The notes below the pieces were generated by a model. It saw nothing but the letters and a program-made list of their open reading frames with translations, was not told where the DNA came from and did no database searches. A program made the translations under genes and the position numbers. 64,000 nucleotides of DNA from Candidatus Methylomirabilia bacterium (lineage in GTDB: Bacteria > Methylomirabilota > Methylomirabilia > Rokubacteriales > CSP1-6). Below are positions 26,544-35,027 of this stretch, piece after piece. Location of the stretch: the NCBI GenBank assembly GCA_041496385.1, contig JBGQEL010000006.1, positions 222 to 64,221 of the forward strand, in the 5' to 3' direction. How positions within the stretch are numbered: the stretch's first letter is position 1; every line of letters starts with the position of its first letter.

Positions 26544-27707
26544 TCAGCCCGCCGGCGAGGGCTCCGCGTCCAGGAGCGCGGCGAGGTGTGCGGCGAGCCA
26601 GCCACCCGCGAGCCCCGCCACGAGCGTCAGCCCCAGCGCCACGAGGGTCTCGCCCGCGCCGGGCACGAGCGCCCGGTACGCCGGAAGGGCGCCGAGCCGC
26701 ACCGCCATCAGGGCGAAGAGCGCCGCCGCGTAGGCGACGCTCGCGGCGACGGGGCGACGCCGCGGGTCCAGCGCCACCATGGCGGCGAGCGGGATCAGGC
26801 CGAGGAGCTGCACGACGTTCGTCGTCGCGCCCGGCGTGGTGCCGTTCCGGCGCGCGACGATGTTGGCGACGGCGATCGGCGACGTCGGGTCCTTCGCGAT
26901 CTCCTCGTGGATGACCGACACGGGCTGGAGGATGTCGAAGCCCAGGCGCGCGACCTGCTGGCCCACCAGTCCCAGCGCGACGCCGCCGGCCAGCACGAGC
27001 GCGGGCGCCCACCGGCTGCCCGACAGGCGCGCGGTCACGACGTACGCGACCGGCAGAATGAGGGCGGCGAGCATCGAATACAGGTGGAAGAACACGCCGC
27101 CCTGGAGGTAGGCGAGCCTGAAGCTCGGTTGCACCGCCAGATGCAGGCCGGTGAAGAGCAGCGCGCCCGATACCAGGATCGCGACGTGGGCGGCCCGGCT
27201 CATCGCAGGATAGACCTCACGCGCGATCACGAAGCAGCCGAGCGTGTTCACGACGGCGCCGAGCAGGCCCAGGAGATGCGGCGGACTCCAGAGCGTGACG
27301 TCGATGCCGAAGAGGCGGTGCCAGAGGTCGTCGATCGGCGCCGCGAGGACCGTCAGGCCGATGCCCCACGCCGCCAGGTGGAAGCCGCGCGTGCCGACGA
27401 GGCCCAGCGCAGAGACGACGTCACCCGCCGCGGGTGACGGCCGGAGCGTCGTCCAGGCAAGCATGCCGAAGCTGAGGAGCACGAGCGCCGCGACGCCCGA
27501 GTACGTCATGACGTGCGGAGCGATCCAGAAGGAATCGCGCCCGATGATGGTGTGCCATTGAATGTCCCACTGGACGCCCCAGCTCGAGATCACCTTGGCG
27601 GCCAGCAGGCCCCAGAGCGCGGCCCGCCGCGTCGCGAGCGAGGCGGCGCCCGTGTCGGCAAACGCCGACGCGCCGGGGATCGTCGCGGTCCTCGCGTCGC
27701 TGGGCAT
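26544..27707 (-). CDS. Integral membrane protein (~10 TM) with conserved His/Trp; family not recognised
   Basis: A 387-aa protein with ten hydrophobic segments and several His at helix ends (WHTIIGRDSFWIAPH, WHRLFGID, SPPHLL). It is convergent with the cupredoxin / cytochrome c pair. Confidence 0.55.
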   Translation of the reverse strand: MPSDARTATIPGASAFADTGAASLATRRAALWGLLAAKVISSWGVQWDIQWHTIIGRDSFWIAPHVMTYSGVAALVLLSFGMLAWTTLRPSPAAGDVVSALGLVGTRGFHLAAWGIGLTVLAAPIDDLWHRLFGIDVTLWSPPHLLGLLGAVVNTLGCFVIAREVYPAMSRAAHVAILVSGALLFTGLHLAVQPSFRLAYLQGGVFFHLYSMLAALILPVAYVVTARLSGSRWAPALVLAGGVALGLVGQQVARLGFDILQPVSVIHEEIAKDPTSPIAVANIVARRNGTTPGATTNVVQLLGLIPLAAMVALDPRRRPVAASVAYAAALFALMAVRLGALPAYRALVPGAGETLVALGLTLVAGLAGGWLAAHLAALLDAEPSPAG

Positions 27708-27715
27708 GGCCCACT

Positions 27716-28162
27716 CTACCCGTTTTCGCCGCGCGCCGGCAACACGGCCGGCGCCGCGGGCCTGGCGTAGGTCACGCTCGAGTGGGTCAGAAGCCTGCCG
27801 TCCTCACCGACGCACTCGGCGACACCGTAGACGAGCCGCCGCCCCAGCTTGAGCACACGCGCCTCGCAACGGAAGGGCGCCGCCTGGAGGGCGCCGAGGA
27901 AAGCCGTGCTCATCTGCGAGGTCACCGACATGTCGGCCCGACCGAGCCGAGTCATGATCGCGAGCCACATGGCGACGTCGGCCGCGGCCATGAACACCTG
28001 CCCGCTCACGATGCCGCCCGGCCGCTCGAACGCCTTCCGGAACGGCACGTCGAGGACGCAGCGCCCATCGCCGAGCGCGCCGAGCGTGAACCCGTACGCT
28101 CGCGTGAACGCCACGGCCCCGAGCAGGTCCCGCAGCTCGGCCTCGCTGACCGCGATCGCCAT
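27716..28162 (-). CDS. PaaI-family (hotdog fold) thioesterase
   Basis: A 148-aa protein containing GGIVSGQVFMAAADVAMWLA, the PaaI/4HBT signature. Confidence 0.75.
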   Translation of the reverse strand: MAIAVSEAELRDLLGAVAFTRAYGFTLGALGDGRCVLDVPFRKAFERPGGIVSGQVFMAAADVAMWLAIMTRLGRADMSVTSQMSTAFLGALQAAPFRCEARVLKLGRRLVYGVAECVGEDGRLLTHSSVTYARPAAPAVLPARGENG

Positions 28163-28167
28163 CGGCC

Positions 28168-28740
28168 TCACCCCCGCGCCGCGGCCAGGACCTTCCGGGC
28201 CTGGTTCAGATGATCGAGTGCGTGGAGCCGCCACACGATCGCGTACGCCTTCCAGTCGAGCTCCTCCACCCACTCGAGCGGAGTCATCCTGCCGTCCGGC
28301 GCCTTGACGTTGACGACCATGACGAGCGGCGCGCGGGCGTCGGTGGCGAAGTCGTCGCGCGCCGAGGCGAGCGTCTCGAGGATGCCGCCGTGCACCCGCC
28401 GCAGCTCCTCGCGGAGCCACGGCCACGGACGCAGGAGCGCGGCCTTGGACTGGAGGCTCGCCGGGATGGGCTCGCCCGGCGGCCGGCGGCCCGCGAGCAG
28501 GCACCAGAGCTCGTCCAGCCCCGGACGGTGCGTCTCGATCAGGTGGTCCACGATCTCGTGGACCGCCCACTCGCCGGCGATCGAGACCTGCGCGGCCTCG
28601 CCGGGCGCGAGCGGTGCGACGAGGGCGTCGAGCGCCGCGAACGCGTCGGCGACGCGGGATCGGATCTCGGCGAGGGGCGCCTCCGTGCCCCGCGTCCGGA
28701 AGTACTCGCGCGCCTTGGCGCGCGCCTCGGTGGCCGCCGC
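28168..28740 (-). CDS. DinB-family (DinB_2) four-helix metal-binding protein
   Basis: A 190-aa protein starting MNQAAATEARA... with H-x-x-x-H patterns (WAVHEIVDHLIETH). Confidence 0.65.
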   Translation of the reverse strand, partial: AAATEARAKAREYFRTRGTEAPLAEIRSRVADAFAALDALVAPLAPGEAAQVSIAGEWAVHEIVDHLIETHRPGLDELWCLLAGRRPPGEPIPASLQSKAALLRPWPWLREELRRVHGGILETLASARDDFATDARAPLVMVVNVKAPDGRMTPLEWVEELDWKAYAIVWRLHALDHLNQARKVLAAARG

Positions 28741-28745
28741 CTGAT

Positions 28746-29354
28746 TCATCGCGCCTCCTTGGCGAGGTAGCGCAGCACCGCGTCCTCGCAGAACCGCGTG
28801 GCCTCGGCCACGCCGAATGCGCCGGGGTCGAACGTGAGCTGCAGCGACACGCCGTCGACCAGGCCGAGCACGACCGCCGCCGCCTGGAGGGCGTCCACCC
28901 GGCGGAAGCGCCCGTCGCGGATCCCGCGCGCCACGACGGCTCCGATCAGCCGCCGCGTCCGGTCGTAGAGCGCCGCGTTGATCGCCCGGAGGCGCCTGTC
29001 GTGCATCATCTCGCCCCAGAACTCGACGAACACGATCCAGAACTCGCGCTCCGCCGCGGCCAGCGCCAGGCAGGCCCCGATGAGCGCGCGCAGACGCCGC
29101 CGCGGGTCCCGGCCGCCGCGCGCCTGGGCGGCGGCCACCCGTCGGTCGAGGTCGGCCGTGACGGCGTCGAGCGCCGCGACGAGGATGGCCCGCTTGTCCG
29201 TGAAGTAGTAGTGGAGGATCCCCTGGCTCACCCGCGCCTCGCGGGCCACCTTTTTCATGGTGAGCCCGGAATACCCGTCGCGCGCGAGGCAGCGGATCGT
29301 CGCGCGGACGATCTGCTCGCGCCGGACGGGGGCCACGCCGATCTTGGGGCTCAT
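28746..29354 (-). CDS. TetR/AcrR family transcriptional regulator
   Basis: An N-terminal HTH (RREQIVRATIRCLARDGYSGLTMKKVAREARVSQGILHYYF) is followed by a ligand-binding domain. Confidence 0.85.
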   Translation of the reverse strand: MSPKIGVAPVRREQIVRATIRCLARDGYSGLTMKKVAREARVSQGILHYYFTDKRAILVAALDAVTADLDRRVAAAQARGGRDPRRRLRALIGACLALAAAEREFWIVFVEFWGEMMHDRRLRAINAALYDRTRRLIGAVVARGIRDGRFRRVDALQAAAVVLGLVDGVSLQLTFDPGAFGVAEATRFCEDAVLRYLAKEAR

Positions 29355-29431
29355 GTGTTGTTTTTATTGATCGGTCGACCAATTATCTACCGCCCGGCGG
29401 CGCCCGGTCAAGCGTCGACGCGGGAGGGCGT

Positions 29432-31054
29432 TCAGCCGCGCGTGCGGCGGCGCTCGGCGGCGCGCTCGGCCTCGAGGCGCTCGAGCTCGACCGCCGAGTG
29501 GTCGGCGAAGGTCATCGCCGCGGCGAGGGCTCGGTGGCCCGCCTGCTCGGCGATGAGACGGTGCATCCGCTGGCAGATGCGCCGGTACGCGGGGTGACCC
29601 TGTGGCGCCGTGCGCAGCTCGATCACGTGCATGGCCTCGCGGGCGTTCATCTCCATGTAGAACCGGACGCGGTACGCCATGGACACCGCGTAGGAGGCCG
29701 CCTCGGCGAGCCCGGCGGCGGCGATCGCGTCGTGCAGCTCGGCCGATTCGCCGAGCACGCGGCGCCAGTCCGCCTCGGCCCCCGCCTCGGCGATCGCCTC
29801 GGGCATGACCGAGCCGTGACGCGGCGAGAGCCGCTGCCACTCGAGCGTGAGCAGCCGGTGACGCTGCAGGTCGCGGAACGCGCCGTAGTCGCCCAGCACG
29901 TCGAAGCGGTACGCTGTGCGCTCGAAGGCCCGCCCGGGCTTGTGGCGCCGGTTCCCCCGGATCCCGACGTAGGCGGCGAGCACGGCCGAGCGCTCCTCCC
30001 GGCTCATCTTGCGCGCGCGCGCGAGGAGCTCGTCGTCGGGCAGGTCCGAGACCGCGTAGAGCGCCGCCGCGACCACCTTCGCCTCCCCGTCGGGGTCGAA
30101 ATCGGTCAGCGTGACCTCCTCGCGCGGCTCGACCGCGGTGTCCCCCAGCAGCCGTGCCGCCGCCGCGCCCGTCGCCTGGCGCGTGGCGGCGAGGTAGGCG
30201 GACCACGCGGCGCCCCGGTCGGGGAGATCCACGCGCCTGAGGAACGCCGGGATCACCTTGCGCAGCTCGACGAGCATGAGGTCCGCGTAGGCGCGCGCCT
30301 CGGCGAGCGGGTGCGCGCGCATCCGAAGCAGGAGTTGCTCGTACGCCTGGCCGGTCGCGTAGATGCCGACGTTCGACGTCGTCGCCGCCGGCAGCATGCC
30401 GCGCAGCGTGTCGAGGGCCTTCGCGCGGATCGTCATGCGATGCACACTCTCCGCCTCGGCGGGATCGCGCGGGTGCTTCGCCTCGAGGAACGCGCGCATC
30501 CGCGGAAGCCACGCGCGGTAGGTGTCGAAGCCGCGGTCGAGCGTGGCGGCGTATCGCTCGCGCAGTGCGCCCGCGAGCTCGGCGGGAACGTGATAGCGAT
30601 AGCGCCCACCCGGCGTGTCGTCATAGGGGATGTAGCGCGTGGACTGCTCGAGGTAGGCCATGAGCCGACCCCACTCGAGCACCTTCGTGAGGATGTTCGA
30701 CGCGCCCTCGCAGGCCAGGTGGACGCCGCCGAGCTGGGCGACGGAGTCGTCGCCGTACTCGACGAAGACGCGTTCGTAGAGCTGCTCGGCGCGCGCGCGC
30801 GTCGACTCGCCGAGCGCCCGCGAGGGGTCCCCCGTCGCGGCGTCCTCCAGGCTGCCCTTGGGGAGGAACTCGTCGAGGAAGAGCCGGCGGAGCGATTTCG
30901 GCGAGCGCGAGTAGCGCGCGAAGAGCGCCCCCTTGGCGACCTCCGGGAGGTTGACGAGCGCAAAGACGGGGCCGTCGAGGTTCGTGAAGTACGGGGCGAG
31001 CGCGGCGCGCTCCAGCGTCGTGAACTCGTCGGCCATCTCCCGCGATCTTAGCAT
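29432..31054 (-). CDS. thyX: FAD-dependent thymidylate synthase ThyX, double-length (two ThyX-like halves)
   Basis: A 540-aa protein. The C-terminal half carries the ThyX motif RHR-x7-S (DLQRHRLLTLEWQRLS). The N-terminal half has ThyX-like helices with a degenerate motif (ARYSRSPKSLRRLF). A canonical ThyX is ~250 aa. Confidence 0.7.
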   Translation of the reverse strand: MLRSREMADEFTTLERAALAPYFTNLDGPVFALVNLPEVAKGALFARYSRSPKSLRRLFLDEFLPKGSLEDAATGDPSRALGESTRARAEQLYERVFVEYGDDSVAQLGGVHLACEGASNILTKVLEWGRLMAYLEQSTRYIPYDDTPGGRYRYHVPAELAGALRERYAATLDRGFDTYRAWLPRMRAFLEAKHPRDPAEAESVHRMTIRAKALDTLRGMLPAATTSNVGIYATGQAYEQLLLRMRAHPLAEARAYADLMLVELRKVIPAFLRRVDLPDRGAAWSAYLAATRQATGAAAARLLGDTAVEPREEVTLTDFDPDGEAKVVAAALYAVSDLPDDELLARARKMSREERSAVLAAYVGIRGNRRHKPGRAFERTAYRFDVLGDYGAFRDLQRHRLLTLEWQRLSPRHGSVMPEAIAEAGAEADWRRVLGESAELHDAIAAAGLAEAASYAVSMAYRVRFYMEMNAREAMHVIELRTAPQGHPAYRRICQRMHRLIAEQAGHRALAAAMTFADHSAVELERLEAERAAERRRTRG

Positions 31055-31076
31055 CCCCGCCGCCGGGGCGAACGGG

Positions 31077-31442
31077 CTAGGCGAGGAACACCCGCTGCAC
31101 GAACCACACGAGGCCCACGAGGGCGACCGCGGGAGACAGCGCCCGGGACACGCGCGGCGCCCATGCGCGCCGCCGCAGCCCGAGGCCGAGCGGGAGCGTC
31201 GCCGCGATCACCGCGGCCTGCCCGGCTTCCACACCGAGGTTGAACCCGACGAGCGCCAGCGCGAGGTTCCAGGGCGGCAGCGCCAGCGGCGTGAGCGCCG
31301 AGGCGAATCCGAATCCGTGGACGAGGCCGAACGCGAGGCTCACGAGCCATCGGCGTGTGAGCCCGCGCGCGAACCACAGGTTCTCGACCGCCACCCAGAC
31401 GATCGACGCGGCGATCGCCGGCTCCACGACCGCGTCGGGCAC
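31077..31442 (-). pseudogene. HupE/UreJ family protein, C-terminal fragment only
   Basis: The sequence ...LAFGLVHGFGFASAL...GFNLGVEAGQ matches the C-terminal two-thirds of HupE/UreJ. The upstream part of the reading frame is occupied by a different, out-of-frame ORF. Confidence 0.4.
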
Positions 31443-31624
31443 GGCGACGGCGCCGGCTTCTGGTAGAAGTACGTGACGTCGACGTCGGCGCGCAGGCCCT
31501 CGACGACCCGGCGCGCGTCGGCCGAGGGCGTGAAGGCCTTCTCGCTCGTGACGTCGACGTGGACGTCGTGACGGAACAGCGCGACGTTGGCGCCGAGCGT
31601 GAGCGCGGCCGCCGCGAGGGTCAT
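31340..31624 (-). pseudogene. GldG-like N-terminal fragment (remnant of an ABC auxiliary protein)
   Basis: The sequence MTLAAAALTLGANVALFRHDVHVDVTSEKAFTPSADARRVVEGLRADVDVTYFYQ aligns with the N-terminus of the GldG at 50357-51880 (LSYRHSWRWDLTESKRYSLSSQTIQLLRGLKTDVNAVGFF). It then runs out of frame into the HupE fragment. Confidence 0.35.
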
Positions 31625-31688
31625 GACTACGCGCTCGGCGACGTGAACGTGGCGTGGAGCTCCTTCTTCAGCAGGACGGCGAGCGCGC

Positions 31689-32309
31689 TCACGTCAGCGA
31701 CAGGAAGAGGGCCTCGAGGTCGGGCGTGTCGGCGACCGACCGGACCGCGAGCAGCTCCCCGCGCAGCAGGATGGCCACCCGATGCGCCACCTTCTCGATC
31801 TCGCCCAGGATGTGCGAGCTGATGAGCACGGTGTGCTCGCCCGTCAGCTCCTGGATGAGCCGTCGCGTCTCGATGATCTGGCGCGGGTCGAGGCCGTTCG
31901 TCGGCTCGTCGAAGACCACCACGTCGGGCTCGTGCACGAGCGCCTGCGCGATCGCGACGCGCTGCCGGTAGCCGCGCGAGAGCGTCCGGATCGGCGCCCG
32001 CAGCACGTCCGCGATGTGCAGGCGCGCGGCCGCCCGGGCGATCGCCTCCGCCACGCTGCCCCGTGGCACGCCGCGGAGCCGCGCCATGAAGGCCAGGAAC
32101 TCACGCACGCGCATGTGGGCGTACAGCGGCACGGACTCCGGGACGTAACCGATGCGGCGGCACGCCGCCATGGCGTCGCGGACCGTGTCGTGGCCGGCGA
32201 CGGTCAGGCGGCCGGCCGTGGGCGTGAGAAACCCCGTCAGCATGCGCAGGAGCGTCGTCTTGCCGGAGCCGTTGGGGCCGAGCAGGCCGAGGACCTCGCC
32301 GGGCCGCAC
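31689..32309 (-). CDS. ABC transporter ATP-binding protein, paralogue of 52641-53597; N-terminal start codon unresolved
   Basis: The sequence carries Walker A LLGPNGSGKTT, the signature LSRGYRQRV and Walker B VVVFDEPT. The homologous frame continues upstream as ARSLADNVTKRYGRVTAVRGVRLEVRPGEV with no ATG/GTG/TTG until the track's GTG, and it lacks the C-terminal extension of its paralogue. Confidence 0.65.
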   Translation of the reverse strand: MRPGEVLGLLGPNGSGKTTLLRMLTGFLTPTAGRLTVAGHDTVRDAMAACRRIGYVPESVPLYAHMRVREFLAFMARLRGVPRGSVAEAIARAAARLHIADVLRAPIRTLSRGYRQRVAIAQALVHEPDVVVFDEPTNGLDPRQIIETRRLIQELTGEHTVLISSHILGEIEKVAHRVAILLRGELLAVRSVADTPDLEALFLSLT

Positions 32310-32376
32310 CTCGAGGCGGACGCCGCGGACGGCCGTGACGCGACCGTAACGCTTCGTGACGTTGTCGGCGAGGCTC

Positions 32377-32742
32377 CTAGCCCTTCCGCATGTACGCCGG
32401 CATCTCCCCGGTCAGGAAGTCCTCACGCGGCGGCGCGAAGATGTCCACGACCTCGGTGTCCTCGGGGAACCATGCCTCGTGCTCGACGCCCCCCGGGATG
32501 ACGCCGATGTCGCCCGGGCCGCACGACTTCTTCTCCTGGCCGAGCCGGAAGTCCATGCGGCCCTTGGTCACCCAGAAGAGCTGCTCGTGCGGGTGCTTGT
32601 GCGCCGCCGCGTGCGCGCCGGCCTTCATGGACCACCAGACGATCATCCCCTTGTCGCCCGCGAGGATGCGGCGGGAGATCTTGTCCGTGACCTTCTCCTC
32701 GGGCAGATGCTCGAGGGCCTCGAACCCTTTCGTGCTGGGCAT
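32377..32742 (-). CDS. Cupin domain protein
   Basis: The sequence HKHPHEQLFWVTKGRMDF...GGVEHEAW is a two-His cupin motif. The start ATG at 32740-32742 follows the ribosome-binding site GAAGGAGG. Confidence 0.75.
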   Translation of the reverse strand: MPSTKGFEALEHLPEEKVTDKISRRILAGDKGMIVWWSMKAGAHAAAHKHPHEQLFWVTKGRMDFRLGQEKKSCGPGDIGVIPGGVEHEAWFPEDTEVVDIFAPPREDFLTGEMPAYMRKG

Positions 32743-32783
32743 CGCGGAGCCTCCTTCGGCGTGGTGGCCCAACCTAATCGGGC

Positions 32784-32813
32784 GCGCGGGCGGGTGTCAA
32801 GTGACGCGCCCGC
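32784..32813. promoter_or_regulatory. 30-bp imperfect palindrome, a candidate operator in the divergent cupin / LLM promoter region
   Basis: The sequence is CGCGGGCGGGTGTCA-AG-TGACGCGCCCGCG. The arms are complementary at 13 of 15 positions and are centred 45 bp upstream of the LLM ATG. Confidence 0.4.
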
Positions 32814-32855
32814 GGACACCATGCTAGGCTCGGGCGTCGCGCGCGAGGAGGCATC

Positions 32856-33845
32856 ATGCCACGACTGCAGATCGGCTTCATTCCCATCGAGGGCGGCCAC
32901 TACTACACGGAGTCGCTCGAAGAAGTCACGCGGGCCGAGGCGCTGGGCTTCGACTCCGTCTGGATGGAGGAGCATCACTCGGTCACGAACCACTACTGGC
33001 CCTCGCCGCTCACCGTCCTCGCGGGCTTCGCGACGCGCACCTCGCGCGTCCGGCTCGGCACCGACATCGCCGTCGCCGCGTTCCACCACCCGGTGAGGCT
33101 CGCGGAGGACGTGGCGATGCTCGACGTGATGTCGGGCGGACGCGTGACCCTCGGCATCGCCATCGGCTACAAGCCCGACGAGTTCGCCCTCTACGGCGTC
33201 GATCTCGAGAAGCGCGGCGCGCGGTTCGAGGAGCAGCTCGCGATCATGCGCGGCCTCTGGTCGGGCGCGCGCGTGAGCTTCAAGGGCACGTACTACACGG
33301 TCGAGGGGCGGCTCGAGCCCGGGCCCGTGCAGAAGCCGCACCCGCCGCTCTGGATCGGCGGCTGGGGCGACATCACGCTGCGGCGCGCCGCGACGCTCGC
33401 CGACAACTGGATTCCGGGGCCCACCGCGGACCTCGAGCGCCTCCTCCGGGCCAAGAGCCAGTTCCTCGAGAACCGCAGGGCCGCCGGGCGAGCGGAGCCG
33501 ATCGTCGAGTGGCCGCTGACGCGCGACCTGATCATCGCCGACACGGACAGGAAGGCCCGCGAGCTCGCCGAGGAGCACATCATGATGGCCTATCGCCGCG
33601 AGTACGCCGGCGGCTGGCGCCACCCGTTCATCGACGCCTCGATCGCGACCGATCTGGACCGGCTCATGGAGGACCGCTTCATCATCGGCGGGCCGGATCA
33701 GTGCATCACGAAGATCCGGCGCTTCGTGGAGGAGTACGGAATGACGCACCTCATCTGCCGGACGTTCTTCCCCGGCATGCCGCACGCTCACATCATGCGA
33801 GAGCTGGAGCTCGTGGCGAAAGAGGTGATGCCGGCGTTCCGTTGA
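32856..33845 (+). CDS. LLM-class flavin-dependent oxidoreductase (F420/FMN luciferase-like)
   Basis: The sequence begins MPRLQIGFIPIEGGHYY and contains FDSVWMEEHH and GRVTLGIAIGY. The ribosome-binding site is GAGGAGG. Confidence 0.85.
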   Translation: MPRLQIGFIPIEGGHYYTESLEEVTRAEALGFDSVWMEEHHSVTNHYWPSPLTVLAGFATRTSRVRLGTDIAVAAFHHPVRLAEDVAMLDVMSGGRVTLGIAIGYKPDEFALYGVDLEKRGARFEEQLAIMRGLWSGARVSFKGTYYTVEGRLEPGPVQKPHPPLWIGGWGDITLRRAATLADNWIPGPTADLERLLRAKSQFLENRRAAGRAEPIVEWPLTRDLIIADTDRKARELAEEHIMMAYRREYAGGWRHPFIDASIATDLDRLMEDRFIIGGPDQCITKIRRFVEEYGMTHLICRTFFPGMPHAHIMRELELVAKEVMPAFR

Positions 33846-33892
33846 GGCGCCTGATCTTTGCCGTTGCGCTTCGTAAGTATGTGATAAACTAG

Positions 33893-34987
33893 GTGCTTGC
33901 GGGTACTTCTCCGAGAGATGGGAGTGTGAGAGCGATTCCGCAGAGCGCCTGGCGGTTCGATCGGTCGTACCAGTGGAACTACGGACACGCGCCGTCCCTT
34001 CCCCGAGTGCGGCGAATGCCGTCGGGACCAGGGGGCAAGCTCTTCGACTACCGCCTGAACTCGAGTCTCGGCATCTCCGCGGGTCCCTTGCTCAACTCCA
34101 AGTGGGTCGAGGCCTACGCCCGCCTCGGCTACGACATCCTGACCTACGCCACGGTGCGCTCGGCGTACCGGGCGGCCTGGAGCCTGCCGAACATCCGCCA
34201 CGTCGAGAACCAGGACGAGGCGGCCATCGTGACGCGCCGGGGGACGGCAAATGGCGCGCCGACGGTGGCCGTGTCCCTCGGCGAGCCCTCGATGGAGCCG
34301 GACGTGTGGCGCAAGGACGTCCGCCGCGCGAAGGAGCGGACGGGCCGGGGCCAGATCCTGATCGTGAGCGTCCTGGGGACGCCCGAGCCCGGCGGCGACG
34401 CGGACGCGCTGGTCGCCGACTACGCGCGCTGCGCGGCGTGGGCGGCGGAGAGCGGCGCCGACGCCGTCGAGGTTCACCTCGCGGTGCCCGATCCGTTCGC
34501 CGAGCAGCCCAGGCTGATCTACGAGAACATCGTTCTCGCGGCTCAGATCCTCTACCGCGTGCGCGCGAGCGTCGCCGTGCCGGTGCTCGCCAAGCTCGGC
34601 GTCTTCAAGACCCCGCGCGTCCTCCACGACACGGCCACGAAGCTCGCCGCGTGGGCTCACGGCTTCGTGCTGGTCCACGGCGTCCACCGCCGCGTCCTCG
34701 ACGAGCGGGGCAACCCGGCGTTCGAGGGCACGGCACGCGAGCGCGGCGACGTCGTCGGCCACGACGTGTTCCCCATCGCGTCGCGCCAGGTGCTCGAGAT
34801 GCTCGCGTGGCGCCACGCGGGCGCGTGGGACCGCGCCGTGCTGGCCGTCGGCGGCGTCTCGACGGTGGAGCGCGCCCACTATCTCCTGCGCGAGGGGGCC
34901 GACGCCGCGCTCGTCGCCACGGCCGCGCTCTTCGATCCGCTGTTCGCCGCCCGCTTTCGCCAGACGCGCGCGACCGCCGTCGCCTGA
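33893..34987 (+). CDS. Dihydroorotate dehydrogenase-like TIM-barrel protein (DHOD/DHPD family; catalytic motif divergent)
   Basis: The GISAGPLLNSKW...PVLAKLG...VGGVSTVERAHYLLREGADAALVATAALFDP pattern parallels DHOD, but the NxSCPN active-site loop is replaced (HLAVPDP). Confidence 0.6.
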   Translation: MLAGTSPRDGSVRAIPQSAWRFDRSYQWNYGHAPSLPRVRRMPSGPGGKLFDYRLNSSLGISAGPLLNSKWVEAYARLGYDILTYATVRSAYRAAWSLPNIRHVENQDEAAIVTRRGTANGAPTVAVSLGEPSMEPDVWRKDVRRAKERTGRGQILIVSVLGTPEPGGDADALVADYARCAAWAAESGADAVEVHLAVPDPFAEQPRLIYENIVLAAQILYRVRASVAVPVLAKLGVFKTPRVLHDTATKLAAWAHGFVLVHGVHRRVLDERGNPAFEGTARERGDVVGHDVFPIASRQVLEMLAWRHAGAWDRAVLAVGGVSTVERAHYLLREGADAALVATAALFDPLFAARFRQTRATAVA

Positions 34988-35027
34988 CGGGTCGCCGCGG
35001 CCCGGCCGGGGTGCTACGCTACGGCGC

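Noticed and set aside
31048-31442. Treating the HupE/UreJ fragment as an intact short nickel transporter
   Set aside because: The family's N-terminal half, including the first His-rich helices, is absent. The upstream frame is occupied by a different out-of-frame remnant. The region fits a pseudogene better.
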